Below, piece after piece: positions 45,494-55,221 of a stretch of 64,000 nucleotides of DNA. How positions within the stretch are numbered: position 1 is the first letter of the stretch; each line of letters starts with the position of its first letter. The notes below the pieces were generated by a model, which did not search any database, was not told the origin of the DNA, and was given only the letters and a program-made list of their open reading frames with translations. The position numbers and the translations under genes are program-made. Source of the DNA: Myxococcales bacterium (GTDB lineage: Bacteria > Myxococcota_A > UBA9042 > JABWCM01 > BTVJ01); assembly GCA_045863395.1 (NCBI GenBank), contig BTVJ01000041.1, positions 1-64,000 on the forward strand. The letters run 5' to 3'.

Positions 45494-45791
45494 GGCGAAC
45501 GCCCGGAATTTCCCCAGAACGGCCCAGCACCGGCGCCCAGCCGACCCAGCCCATCGCAACCAATTGAAACAAGGCGACTATTCGCCCCGACACCCCCAGC
45601 CCGGACGCCAGCCGGGCCCAGCCGGAGCCCGGCCTCCCGCAACATGGCCCGGAGCAACCCCACCTCGCGACTGTCGACAACCCGTTGAATTTGCCAGCGT
45701 TTTCCTCAATTAGCTTGTCAACATTTTTTTTCTGTGCTCTCGTAACCGTAGTGGTCGAGCCACCCCGCAAGACCCATACGGGAGGACAGAC

Positions 45792-46643
45792 ATGGCCAAC
45801 AGCAAGCAGGTGACGACGAAGACGGTGCTGGATCAGTACTTCATCGAGATCAACCGCGTGCCCCTCCTCTCCCGGAGCGAGGAGCAGGAGCTGGCCCGGC
45901 GGCTCAAGGACGATAACGACCCCGAGGCGGGCCGCAAGCTGGTCCTCGCGAACCTCCGGTTCGTCGTCAAGGTCGCCTTCGAGTACCGCAAGTATCAGAT
46001 CAGCATGCTGGACCTCATCCAGGAGGGGAACCTGGGCCTGATGACGGCCGTCCAGCGCTTCGACCCCTACCGGGGCTACCGGCTGATCTCCTACGCGGTC
46101 TGGTGGATCAAGGCCTACATCCAGGGCTTCATCCTCCGCACGTGGTCGCTGGTGAAGCTGGGGACCACGGCGCAGCAGCGGCGCATGCTCTTCGGCAACC
46201 ACCGCGACGAGGACGGCCGCGACGAGGAGACGGTGAGCGTGCTCCCCGCCATCGCCTCGCGCTCCAGCGGTGAGCTGCTGGAGCTCGACACGCACATCGC
46301 GCGCCGCGACTTCTCGCTGGACGCGTCGCTGGACGAGACGGCGCGGGTCTCCTACCTGGACATGCTGCGCGACGGCGACGAGGGGCAGGAGGAGGCCCTC
46401 GCCCGCGGAGAGACCCGAACCATCGTGCAAGAGCACCTGGACCGCATCGAGTCCCAGCTCAACGAGCGGGAGCTGTTCATCCTGGAGCACCGGACCTTGA
46501 GCGACGAGCCCATGACGCTCCAGGACATCGGCACCCACTTCCACGTCACCCGCGAGCGCACGCGCCAGATCGAGGCAGCGCTCATGCGCAAGCTGGCTCG
46601 CGCCATGCCGGAGCTGGAGGGCGACTTCGCCAACGCGGCGTGA
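45792..46643 (+). CDS. rpoH: RpoH (sigma-32)-like RNA polymerase sigma factor
   Basis: ANLRFVVKVA, DLIQEGNLGLM, FDPYRGYRLISYAVWWIKAYI, RpoH-box-like WSLVKLGTTAQQRRMLF, TLQDIG....VTRERTRQIE. Confidence 0.85.
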   Translation: MANSKQVTTKTVLDQYFIEINRVPLLSRSEEQELARRLKDDNDPEAGRKLVLANLRFVVKVAFEYRKYQISMLDLIQEGNLGLMTAVQRFDPYRGYRLISYAVWWIKAYIQGFILRTWSLVKLGTTAQQRRMLFGNHRDEDGRDEETVSVLPAIASRSSGELLELDTHIARRDFSLDASLDETARVSYLDMLRDGDEGQEEALARGETRTIVQEHLDRIESQLNERELFILEHRTLSDEPMTLQDIGTHFHVTRERTRQIEAALMRKLARAMPELEGDFANAA

Positions 46644-46842
46644 CGGAGCGCGGCCGTCCCTGGCCCGCCCGTGCTCGGACGGACAGGTCAAGCAGCGGGC
46701 GTGGTTCCAGCCCCCCTGAAGGTCCGAACGGCCCAGAGCGTGGGGCCTCGCGGTCTCAGACGAGGCCTTGCCCGCGTGCGGTGGGCGAGGCCTCCCCACG
46801 CTCCCCTCGACGGACTCGCCAGCGGCACGTATCATCGCCCCC

Positions 46843-48636
46843 GTGAACGGCCCTTGCCCCCACAGGCCCGCGTGCCCCGGCTGCGACCTCTTCGAGCTGT
46901 CCTACGACGAACAGCTCGCCCTCAAGTCGCAGCGCACCCGAGAGGCGCTCGAGCGCTGGGAGGCTCTCCGCTCGTTGCCCATCGCCCCCTGCATCGGGGC
47001 GGAGCAGCGGACCGGCTGGCGCACCCGCTCGAAGTGGGCCGTCGAAGGGCCGCGCATCGGGCTCTTCGGGCCGGGGCACGCGGTCGTCGACACGCCGGGG
47101 TGCGTAGTCGCTGCGCCAGCGGCCCTCGCCATCGCGGAGCGCCTGCGTCACCGCCCGCCGGAGCGCGGGGCGCGGCTGGTCGCCCTGGACGTCCGGGTCA
47201 GCCGCGACGGGGACGCCGTGCCCGTGCTCGTGGTGGAGGCGCGAGACGCCGATGCAGCCTTGCGCCACGCCGAGGCCCTCGCGGATTGGCTTGGAGAGAT
47301 CGAGGGCGCCCGCGTGACCGGGGTGGCCGCGAGCTGGCGCCGCCCGGGCGCCCCGACCACCCTCGGGGGCATGCCGCGCACCCTCTGCGGCGAGACGGTC
47401 ATCGAGGACTGCGTTGGCCACAAGCCCCTGCTCTTCCCCGCGGGCTCGTTCTCGCAGCCCCACGCAGCGCAGACCGAGGCGCTCCAGGACCTGATCGCCG
47501 AGGCGCTCGACCGGCTCGGCCACGAGGCGCGCAAGGCCGAGCTCATCGATCTGTACGCGGGGACGGGCGGGCTCGGCTTGTCGCTGGCCCGGCGCGTGCG
47601 GCGCGTGACCCTGGTGGAGACCAACGGCCCCGCAACGGACGCCGCCCGCATCTCCGCCGAGCGCCTCGCCGTCGGCGACCGGGTGCGCGCCCTCGCCATG
47701 CCGGCCGAGCAGGCCCTGGCGGAGCTCCACCCTGGTCGCCCCCTGGTCGTCATCGTCGATCCGCCGCGCACGGGCCTCGCCGCGCCGGTCCTCGCCGCCC
47801 TCGTCCGCCTGCGCCCCGAGCTGCTGGTGGTGGTGAGCTGCGACCCGCGGACCCTGGCGCGGGACCTGGGGCTGCTCGCCCCCTTCGGGCTGGCCGCGGG
47901 CACCGTCAGGCCGCTCGACCTCCAGCCTGGGACCAGCCAGGTGGAGTGCGTGGTCGCCCTGCAACCGGCGGAGCCGCCACCCGTGAGGACCATCGCCGAG
48001 GGCCCCGGCTGGGTGGTGGTGGACAAGCCCCCCCTGATGCCCACCATCCCCCACCCGGAGTGGCCCGCGTCCCTGCTCGCCCTGGTGCGCCGACTGCTCC
48101 CCCGCGCCCACGCCGTCCACCGCCTCGACGGGGGCACGAGCGGCCTCGTGCTGGTGGCCGAGCCTGGGGCGACGGCGCCGGATCTGGAGCGCTCCACCAA
48201 GACGTACATCGCCCTCGCCAAGGGCATCACCCACAAGGCCGGGGCCCTTCGCCAGGAGCTCTTCGACGACGGGCGCCCCGTGGAGGCGGAGACCCGGTAT
48301 CGCCGCGTGGACGTCGTGGGCGGACACAGCCTGCTGGAGGTGGAGCTGGTCACCGGACGCACGCACCAGATCCGCCGCCACCTCGCGGGCGTGGGCCACC
48401 CGGTGCTCGGCGATGGGCGCTATGGAGACCCGGCCTCCAACCGCCACATGGACGCGCGCCACGGCCTGGTGCGGCCGTTCCTTCACGCGGCGCGCATCGC
48501 GACGCCCCACGGCACCTTCGAGAGCCCCCTGTGGCCGGACCTGACCGCGACCCTGGAGTCGCTGCGGGCGACGCCGGGACCGGCTCCCAGAGGGCGGCCC
48601 GGTGGGCGGGCCCGGCGCCCCGGGCACCGAGGCTGA
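46843..48636 (+). CDS. Fusion of an RlmD/TrmA-type RNA m5U methyltransferase and an RluA-type pseudouridine synthase
   Basis: CPHRPACPGC, DLYAGTG, VDPPRTG, VSCDPRTLARDL, then VVDKP, HRLDGGTSG, TGRTHQIRRH, HPVLGDGRYG, FLHA in one frame. Confidence 0.9.
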   Translation: MNGPCPHRPACPGCDLFELSYDEQLALKSQRTREALERWEALRSLPIAPCIGAEQRTGWRTRSKWAVEGPRIGLFGPGHAVVDTPGCVVAAPAALAIAERLRHRPPERGARLVALDVRVSRDGDAVPVLVVEARDADAALRHAEALADWLGEIEGARVTGVAASWRRPGAPTTLGGMPRTLCGETVIEDCVGHKPLLFPAGSFSQPHAAQTEALQDLIAEALDRLGHEARKAELIDLYAGTGGLGLSLARRVRRVTLVETNGPATDAARISAERLAVGDRVRALAMPAEQALAELHPGRPLVVIVDPPRTGLAAPVLAALVRLRPELLVVVSCDPRTLARDLGLLAPFGLAAGTVRPLDLQPGTSQVECVVALQPAEPPPVRTIAEGPGWVVVDKPPLMPTIPHPEWPASLLALVRRLLPRAHAVHRLDGGTSGLVLVAEPGATAPDLERSTKTYIALAKGITHKAGALRQELFDDGRPVEAETRYRRVDVVGGHSLLEVELVTGRTHQIRRHLAGVGHPVLGDGRYGDPASNRHMDARHGLVRPFLHAARIATPHGTFESPLWPDLTATLESLRATPGPAPRGRPGGRARRPGHRG

Positions 48637-48658
48637 CGGCGGGCGGGGCTGCCCACTC

Positions 48659-48725
48659 CAGGGGACCAGGGCACCCACCGGGAGCCCCCTCGTTCAGGGG
48701 ACCACGGCACCCACCGGGAGCCCCC
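48659..48725. repeat. 31-bp direct repeat (1 mismatch, 36-bp period) duplicating the 3' end of the convergent gene
   Basis: CAGGGGACCA(G/C)GGCACCCACCGGGAGCCCCC at 48659 and 48695. Confidence 0.85.
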
Positions 48726-49473
48726 ACGCAGCGGTGGCGGACGGCAGCAGGGGCGCGGGGATCACGGCCACGAGCAGCGGTGGCGTCGCCTTCGCTGCGA
48801 GGGCTGCCAGGCTCTGCGGGTCGAGCGCGACGCAGCCGACGGTGGGCACGGCCGGGGCGCTCCACGCGTGGACGAAGATGCAGCTCCCCCCACCGGGGAC
48901 CGCTCCGCCCTCCACCCCGTTGTGGTCCACCACTGCGAGAAGCCGGTAGAGGCCGTCCTCACGAACCATGTGCTCCGCCGAGGCCCAGGGAGGCATCCCC
49001 GCCGGCGCCTCCACGATCTGGCCATACCTCGGGGAGGCCGGGTCGTCCACGCAGCGGGTGGTGGCGCGCGCCTGGCGGTAGGGCATGGCGCCGCGGTGGG
49101 CGGGGGCCTCCCCCACCAGGGTGGTGACCCGGAAGAGCCCCGCGGGGGTGGCGCCATCCCCTTCGCGCTTGATCCGCGTCCCCGGTGGAGCGGTGAGCCC
49201 CCTGCCCCACCGCAGCCCGCCGTGCCCCACCGTGACGGGGAGCAGAGCGCCAGCACGCCACGAGTCCCCCTCCCGGGTCCACGGGACCAACGTCCCCGCC
49301 GTGGAGTCCCAAGCCGGCACGGTGACCACCCACAGCGTGCTGGCGGCGGCAACGGCCTGTCGGGCCTCCGCACCCGCCGGGACGTCCGCACGGGCCTCCG
49401 CCACGAGCAGCCCAGTCACGAGGGCAAGGAGCCGCAGGGAGTCCACCGGACGGGTGCGATGCGCGAGAGCCAT
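48694..49473 (-). CDS. L,D-transpeptidase (YkuD-like) family protein
   Basis: KREGDGATPAG, GSCIFVH......PTVGCVAL catalytic His/Cys; signal-like N-terminus. Confidence 0.88.
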   Translation of the reverse strand: MALAHRTRPVDSLRLLALVTGLLVAEARADVPAGAEARQAVAAASTLWVVTVPAWDSTAGTLVPWTREGDSWRAGALLPVTVGHGGLRWGRGLTAPPGTRIKREGDGATPAGLFRVTTLVGEAPAHRGAMPYRQARATTRCVDDPASPRYGQIVEAPAGMPPWASAEHMVREDGLYRLLAVVDHNGVEGGAVPGGGSCIFVHAWSAPAVPTVGCVALDPQSLAALAAKATPPLLVAVIPAPLLPSATAAWGLPVGAVVP

Positions 49474-49561
49474 GGGAGTCCTCCGTGTAGCGGCCGCGAC
49501 GCCCTTTGGAGTATACGGGATCCGCGGGCGCGCCCCGCCAACCGAGCAACAAGGAAGCTGG

Positions 49562-50914
49562 ATGAGACTGACCGCCTTCGCCCTCCTGTGCGCCCTGGTC
49601 GCCCCTGCCCAGGCGGCGCCGGACGCCTCCCAGGTCACCGAGGCCACCCTGAAGAACGGCCTCAAGGTGATCGTGTGGCCGGACCGGGACATCCCCAACG
49701 TGGCGCTCTACCTGTGGTTCCGGGTCGGCAGCCGAAACGAGGCGCCGGGCATCACGGGGGTGAGCCACTTCTTCGAGCACATGATGTTCAATGGGGCCAA
49801 GAAGTACGGCCCCGGCGAGTTCGACCGGGTGATGGAGGCCGCCGGCGGCTCCAACAACGCCTTCACATCCAACGACGTCACGGTCTACCAGGACTGGTTC
49901 CCCAAGGAAGCCCTGGCGACCATCTTCGACCTGGAGGCGGACCGTATCGGCGCCCTGGCCATCGACCCGAAGATGGTGGAGAGCGAGCGAGGGGTCGTCG
50001 CCTCGGAGCGCCGCACCTCGGTGGACGACAGCAACGAGAGCGTCCTCGACGAGCAGGTGCGCGCCGTCGCGTTCACGGCGCACCCCTACGGGATCCCCGT
50101 CATCGGCTGGCCGAGCGACATCGAGACCTGGACCATCGGGGACCTCCAGCGGCACTTCACGACCTACTACGCCCCCAACAACGCGACCCTGGTCGTGGTT
50201 GGCGACGTAGACGCCAAGGCCATCGTGGCTCTCGCCACACGCACCTTGGGCAAGATCCCCGCCCAGCCGCCGCCGCGCCCCGTGACCACGAATGAGCCCG
50301 AGCAGCGGGGCATGCGACGCCTCGTCGTCGAGAAGGAGGGGCAGCTCGCCATCGTCCAGGCGAGCTTCCACGCGGTGGCGGCGGGGGACGCCCGGTTCCC
50401 GGCCTTCGAGCTGCTGCGGACCATCCTCACGGACGGGGAGTCCTCCCGCCTCCACCGGCGCCTGGTGGAGCTCGAGCGCGTCGCCGTCGACGTGAGCTGC
50501 CAGCTCGACGACGGCTTCGACCCGGGGCTGCTGTCCTTCCAGGTCGTCGTGTCCGAGGGTGCAGACCCGGCCCGCGTCGAGGCGGTGCTCTTCGAGGAGC
50601 TCACACGCATCGGCCGCGAGGGGCCGACCGCGGCAGAGCTCCAGAAGGCGCGGACCCTCGCCCTCACGAAGTTCTGGCGCATGATGCGGACCATCGACGG
50701 CAAGGCGTGGGCGCTCGGCCAGTGGGAGACGTTCCGGGGCGGCTGGCGCGGCGCCATGACCGCGGCGAGCCTCTGGGACGCGGTGACGGCCGACCAGGTC
50801 CGGGACGCGGCCCAGCTCCTGCGCGCGACCAACGCCACGGTGGGCGTGCTGCTCCCGGTTCGGAGCGGAGGCCAGACCGAAGCCGAAGCAGCCACAGAGG
50901 GAGGTGCACCATGA
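49562..50914 (+). CDS. M16B zinc peptidase, catalytic subunit
   Basis: Signal peptide; VGSRNE..GITGVSHFFEHMMF (HxxEH), NAFTS.D.T.Y, HPY..P.IGW, YYAPNNA. Confidence 0.95.
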   Translation: MRLTAFALLCALVAPAQAAPDASQVTEATLKNGLKVIVWPDRDIPNVALYLWFRVGSRNEAPGITGVSHFFEHMMFNGAKKYGPGEFDRVMEAAGGSNNAFTSNDVTVYQDWFPKEALATIFDLEADRIGALAIDPKMVESERGVVASERRTSVDDSNESVLDEQVRAVAFTAHPYGIPVIGWPSDIETWTIGDLQRHFTTYYAPNNATLVVVGDVDAKAIVALATRTLGKIPAQPPPRPVTTNEPEQRGMRRLVVEKEGQLAIVQASFHAVAAGDARFPAFELLRTILTDGESSRLHRRLVELERVAVDVSCQLDDGFDPGLLSFQVVVSEGADPARVEAVLFEELTRIGREGPTAAELQKARTLALTKFWRMMRTIDGKAWALGQWETFRGGWRGAMTAASLWDAVTADQVRDAAQLLRATNATVGVLLPVRSGGQTEAEAATEGGAP

Positions 50915-52287
50915 GCCGCGTCGTGACCCTCGCCGTCCTTGCTGCACTGTTCGCCCCTGCCGCCCGTGCCGACCTGAAGCTCCCCGAGGTGCGGCGCCTC
51001 ACCCTGGACAACGGCGCCGTGGTGCTGCTCATCCCGCACCGCGAGGTCCCCATGATCGCCTTCGAGGCCGTGCTGCGCGGAGGCAGCGTGCTCGACCCCG
51101 CCGGCAAGGAGGGCCTCGCCGGCTTCACCGCGGCCATGGTCCGCAAGGGGGCCCGGGGCCAGACGGCGGAGCAGCTCGCGGACCTGGTGGACGGCCACGG
51201 CGCGTCCCTCTCGCTCTCCGTCGATGAGGACGCGACCTGGGTCGGGCTGGAGCTCCTCGCCCGGGACGCCGCGACCGGAGTGGACCTGCTCGCAGACCTG
51301 CTCATGCGCCCCGACTTCCTGCCGGAGGAGGTGGAGAAGCTCCGGGCGCGCACGGCGGACGGAATCCGGGCGGCCAAGGAGGAGCCCCGGAGCGTGCTGA
51401 GCCTCTACTTCGCGTCGGCGTTGTTCGGAGAGCACCCCTACGGGCGCCCGGGCACGGGCACCGAGACCACGGTCGCGACCTTCACCGCGGACGACGTGCG
51501 CCGCTTCCACGAGCAGCACTGGGGCGGCGACCGGCTGCTCCTGGCCGTCGGCGGCGACTTCGACGTGGACGCCATGGAGGCCACGTTGCGTTCGCGCTTC
51601 GGAGGCTGGCGCAGGGCGGCTCCGCTCCCGGCCGTACCCGCCCCGACGCCCGTCACCGGGCGCCGCGTCGTCCTCATCGACAGCCCGGGAGCGACGCAGA
51701 CCTACTTCTCCATGGGGAACGTGGGGCAGCCCAGAGCGCAGCCGAACCGGGAGCCCCTGGACCTGGTGCACGTGCTGTTCGGCGGGCGGTTCACGTCGAT
51801 GCTCAACACCGCGCTCCGCATCGAGAGCGGCTTGACCTACGGGGCGCGGCTCTCCCGCTCCGAGAGCGGGAGCGGCGGCTCGGTGACCATGTGGTCCTAC
51901 ACGCAGGTCAGCCACACGGCCGAGGCCATGGACCTTGCGCTCGCGACGCTACAGCGCCTGCACGAGCAGGGCATCGCGGCAAAGGACCTGGAGTCCGGCA
52001 AGGCGTATACCCGCGGCCAGATGCCGACCACGCTTGAGACCGCCTCCCAGGTGACGGAGAAGGTGGCGGAGCTGGCCTTCTTCGGGCTGCCCGACGACGC
52101 CGTGGAGGGCTACCTGCCCCGGCTGGCGGCGGTGACCGTCGAGTCTGCCCGCGAGGCGATCCGAACACGCATGGTGCGCCCCGATGACCTGGTGATCGTG
52201 ATGATCGGGGACGCGGCGCAGATCCGGGACGTGGCCGCCCGCTACGGCCCCGTGACGGAGAAGAAGCTCATGGACCCGGGCTTCTGA
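50911..52287 (+). CDS. M16B peptidase non-catalytic partner subunit
   Basis: Same fold without HxxEH; HPYGRP..GT, GG.FTS.L...LR...GLTYG; ATGA overlap. Confidence 0.92.
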   Translation: MSRVVTLAVLAALFAPAARADLKLPEVRRLTLDNGAVVLLIPHREVPMIAFEAVLRGGSVLDPAGKEGLAGFTAAMVRKGARGQTAEQLADLVDGHGASLSLSVDEDATWVGLELLARDAATGVDLLADLLMRPDFLPEEVEKLRARTADGIRAAKEEPRSVLSLYFASALFGEHPYGRPGTGTETTVATFTADDVRRFHEQHWGGDRLLLAVGGDFDVDAMEATLRSRFGGWRRAAPLPAVPAPTPVTGRRVVLIDSPGATQTYFSMGNVGQPRAQPNREPLDLVHVLFGGRFTSMLNTALRIESGLTYGARLSRSESGSGGSVTMWSYTQVSHTAEAMDLALATLQRLHEQGIAAKDLESGKAYTRGQMPTTLETASQVTEKVAELAFFGLPDDAVEGYLPRLAAVTVESAREAIRTRMVRPDDLVIVMIGDAAQIRDVAARYGPVTEKKLMDPGF

Positions 52288-52342
52288 GTCCCCTGTCGGG
52301 ATCCCGAACAGGCGCTGTCGGGTGCTGAGGCGAGCGGCTGCC

Positions 52343-53701
52343 ATGACCCCACCGCAACCACCGGAGATTACGCCCAGACCCCAGATGGCGCGCCCCGTGC
52401 AGTCCACCCAGGCCATGAGCTTCGACGCCCTGCGCGAGGAGACCCTGCAGCGGATGACGGTCCGCGTCTTCCGCCTGCGTGTGCACCTGCTCCTGCCGCT
52501 GTTCGCCGTGGTGTTCGTGACGCTGTTCGCGGTGGGCATCGAGGCGTGGCGCGCCTGGGCTCTGGGTGGCCTCGGGCTCCTCATCGGCGCCGGCTTCGTC
52601 TGGGACGCGCGGCGCGTGGGGCGCCTGCACGTGGACGACGCCTTCTTCCGGCGCTACATCCCGGTCATCGCGATCATCCAGACTGCGCTGATCACCGTCA
52701 CCGGGGGTCTCCACAGCCCGCTGCTGCCGGTGTACCTCCCCCTGGCGTGGGTCGCGGGGACCGTGCTGCGCTCCGCCAGGGACGTCGCCCTCGTACCGGC
52801 GATCATCGCCGCGGCGCTGATCCTCATGGGCGTCACAGAGGGGGCCGGGGGCTTGCCGTCGGTCCCAGGGTTCGGCGTCGAGGGCACCCACCTGGCCGCG
52901 CTGGGGCTGATCGTGCTCGTGATGACCGCCGTCTCCTCCATCACCGCCACCATCGCGTGGCGCACCGCTCGGGCCTACGAGGACATCGACCGTCGCCTGG
53001 ACGCCGCCCGCGCCGAGGCCCTCGCTGCCCACGAGGAGCGGCTCCGCACGGTGGAGTCCCTGTCCCGCCGCGTCGCCCATGAGGTCCGCAACCCGCTGGC
53101 CGCCATCAAGGGGCTGACGCAGCTCCTCCAGCGCCGGGGGGACCCGAGCGGCCACCTGGCCGTGATCGCGTCGGAGGTGGAGCGGCTGCAGGAGATCCTC
53201 GACGGCTTCCTCTCGCGCCCCCTGGACGACCTGCGCCCGGCCGAGACCGACGCGTGCGCTCTGGTGCGGGACGTCGTCTCCATCCTGGAGGCGCGCCTCG
53301 CCCAAGGGGGAGTGGCCGTGTCCTTGGAGCTCCCCGCCACGGCCCCTGTCCGAGCCGACCCAGCGCGCCTCAAGCAGGTGCTGCTGAACCTGATGCTCAA
53401 CGCCGCCGAGGCCATGGAGCAGGGTGCGGGGGGGCGGCGCCTGAGCGTTCGGGTCGATGCGGGCGACCCTGTTTGCGTGCGGATCGGCGACACCGGCCCC
53501 GGCGTGGACCCGGCCCGCGCCGAGCACCTCTTCGAGCCGTCCGTATCGTCCAAAGAGAACGGCACGGGCCTCGGCCTGCCCATCAGCCGCGCCATCGTCC
53601 ACGCACACGGCGGCTCGCTGAGCCTGGCCGCCACGGACCGCGGAGCCGAGGCGACGGTGACGCTCCCTCGCGGCGGGCCGGCCCGCCTGGAGACCGCATG
53701 A
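52343..53701 (+). CDS. Membrane sensor histidine kinase
   Basis: About 5-6 TM; VAHEVRNPL, QVLLNLMLNA, DTGPG, GTGLGL. Confidence 0.93.
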   Translation: MTPPQPPEITPRPQMARPVQSTQAMSFDALREETLQRMTVRVFRLRVHLLLPLFAVVFVTLFAVGIEAWRAWALGGLGLLIGAGFVWDARRVGRLHVDDAFFRRYIPVIAIIQTALITVTGGLHSPLLPVYLPLAWVAGTVLRSARDVALVPAIIAAALILMGVTEGAGGLPSVPGFGVEGTHLAALGLIVLVMTAVSSITATIAWRTARAYEDIDRRLDAARAEALAAHEERLRTVESLSRRVAHEVRNPLAAIKGLTQLLQRRGDPSGHLAVIASEVERLQEILDGFLSRPLDDLRPAETDACALVRDVVSILEARLAQGGVAVSLELPATAPVRADPARLKQVLLNLMLNAAEAMEQGAGGRRLSVRVDAGDPVCVRIGDTGPGVDPARAEHLFEPSVSSKENGTGLGLPISRAIVHAHGGSLSLAATDRGAEATVTLPRGGPARLETA

Positions 53702-55023
53702 CGAAGATCCTGGTGGTCGACGACGAGCAGGGGGTCCGCTACACGCTGCAGGCGGTGCTCGAGGACGCCGGCTATGCCGTCGTGGCCGTTGCCGACGGCG
53801 AGTCCGCCCTCCGCGAGCTGCCGCAGGCGGACGCGGTGATCACGGACCTCGCCATGCCCGGCATGGACGGCATGGAGCTGCTCCGCCAGATCCGGGCGAG
53901 CCACCCGAGGCTGCCGGTGATCGTGATCACGGCCCACGGCTCGGAGCGCCACGCCGTCGAGGCCATGAAGCGCGGCGCCTGTGACTACCTGCGCAAGCCC
54001 TTCGACATCGACGAGCTGCTGCTGGTGGTCGGCAAGGCCGTCGAGCAGCAGCGCCTGCTCGATCAGAATGAGGAGCTGCGGGCGCAGGTGGGGCTCTCCA
54101 GGCCCGTCGTGTACCGCTCCGAGGCCTTCGGCCGCCTGATGGCGCTGGCGCACCGTGCGGCAAAGCGCAACGTGACCGTGCTGGTCACAGGCGAGACCGG
54201 CACCGGCAAGGAGCTGATCGCCTGGGCCATCCGCGAGCTGTCCGACCGGGCCAAGGGCCCCTTCGTGCGCTTCAACGCGGCGGCAGTGACGGAGACCCTC
54301 GCGGAGAGCGAGCTGTTCGGCCACGAGCGGGGCGCCTTCACCGGCGCGGTCAAGGCCCACGACGGTCTGTTCCAGCGAGCCCACGGCGGGGTGCTGTTCA
54401 TCGACGAGATTGGCGAGATGAGCCCCGCCCTGCAGGTCAAGCTGCTGCGGGTGCTGCAGGACGGCGAGGTCCGGCCGGTCGGGTCGTCCGCGACGCGGCG
54501 GGTGGACGTGCGCGTGGTGGCGGCCACCAACAGGAACCTTGCGGAGGAGGTCGCCAAGGGGGCCTTCCGCGAGGACCTGTACTACCGGGTCAACGTGGTG
54601 GAGCTGCACGTCCCCCCGCTCCGCGAGCGCCCCGAGGACATCCCGCCGCTGGTCGCCCACTTCGCGGCGCGGGCGGCGGACCGCTTCGGCATGCGGGGGG
54701 TCTCCGTGGAGCCGGAGGTCTTCGCCCGCCTGGCCGCCCGACCCTGGCCAGGGAACGTCCGGGAGCTGGAGAACGCCGTCGACCGCCTCGTCGCCCTGTG
54801 CGACGGAGAGTTCGTTCGGGCGGGGGACCTGGAGCTGATCGCCGAGCCGCGCGCCGCCACGGGCTCGGATCTCGCCCTCCGAGACCGCGTCGAGCACTAC
54901 GAGGCAGGCCTGATCCGCGAGGCCCTGGACCGCAACGGCGGCAACCAGTCCGCGACGGCCCGGGAGCTGCGCATCAGCCGCGTCACCCTCATCGACAAGC
55001 TCAATCGGTACGGGCTGCGGTAG
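53698..55023 (+). CDS. Sigma54-dependent NtrC-family response regulator (REC-AAA+-Fis HTH)
   Basis: ILVVDDE, TDLAMPGMDG, GETGTGKE, ESELFGHERGAFTGA, FIDEIGE, WPGNVRELEN, GNQSATARELRISR. Confidence 0.97.
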   Translation: MTKILVVDDEQGVRYTLQAVLEDAGYAVVAVADGESALRELPQADAVITDLAMPGMDGMELLRQIRASHPRLPVIVITAHGSERHAVEAMKRGACDYLRKPFDIDELLLVVGKAVEQQRLLDQNEELRAQVGLSRPVVYRSEAFGRLMALAHRAAKRNVTVLVTGETGTGKELIAWAIRELSDRAKGPFVRFNAAAVTETLAESELFGHERGAFTGAVKAHDGLFQRAHGGVLFIDEIGEMSPALQVKLLRVLQDGEVRPVGSSATRRVDVRVVAATNRNLAEEVAKGAFREDLYYRVNVVELHVPPLRERPEDIPPLVAHFAARAADRFGMRGVSVEPEVFARLAARPWPGNVRELENAVDRLVALCDGEFVRAGDLELIAEPRAATGSDLALRDRVEHYEAGLIREALDRNGGNQSATARELRISRVTLIDKLNRYGLR

Positions 55024-55221
55024 CTCGCCCTGTGCCCGGGAGCCCGACTCTGGCAGGGGCCGCGCACGCGCCGCGCACGTTCCCCGGAGGACGACGCCCG
55101 GGCCCTGCGCGAGCTGACGCGAGACGTGTGACGTCCGCGGCGGTCCCCCACGCGCGTTGCCCCTTGTGCGCGATGGCGTCTCGACGTAGCGTTGGGCGCT
55201 GACACCACGCGGAGGCCGACC

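Noticed and set aside
45494..45791. Sigma32 autoregulatory promoter upstream of the rpoH-like gene
   Set aside because: AT-rich with TTGAA motifs, but no convincing CCCCAT -10 at the right spacing; clearly regulatory DNA, but no specific call is supportable.
55024..55221. Sigma54 promoter downstream of the NtrC-like gene
   Set aside because: The TGGC occurrences lack a correctly spaced TTGC -12 element.
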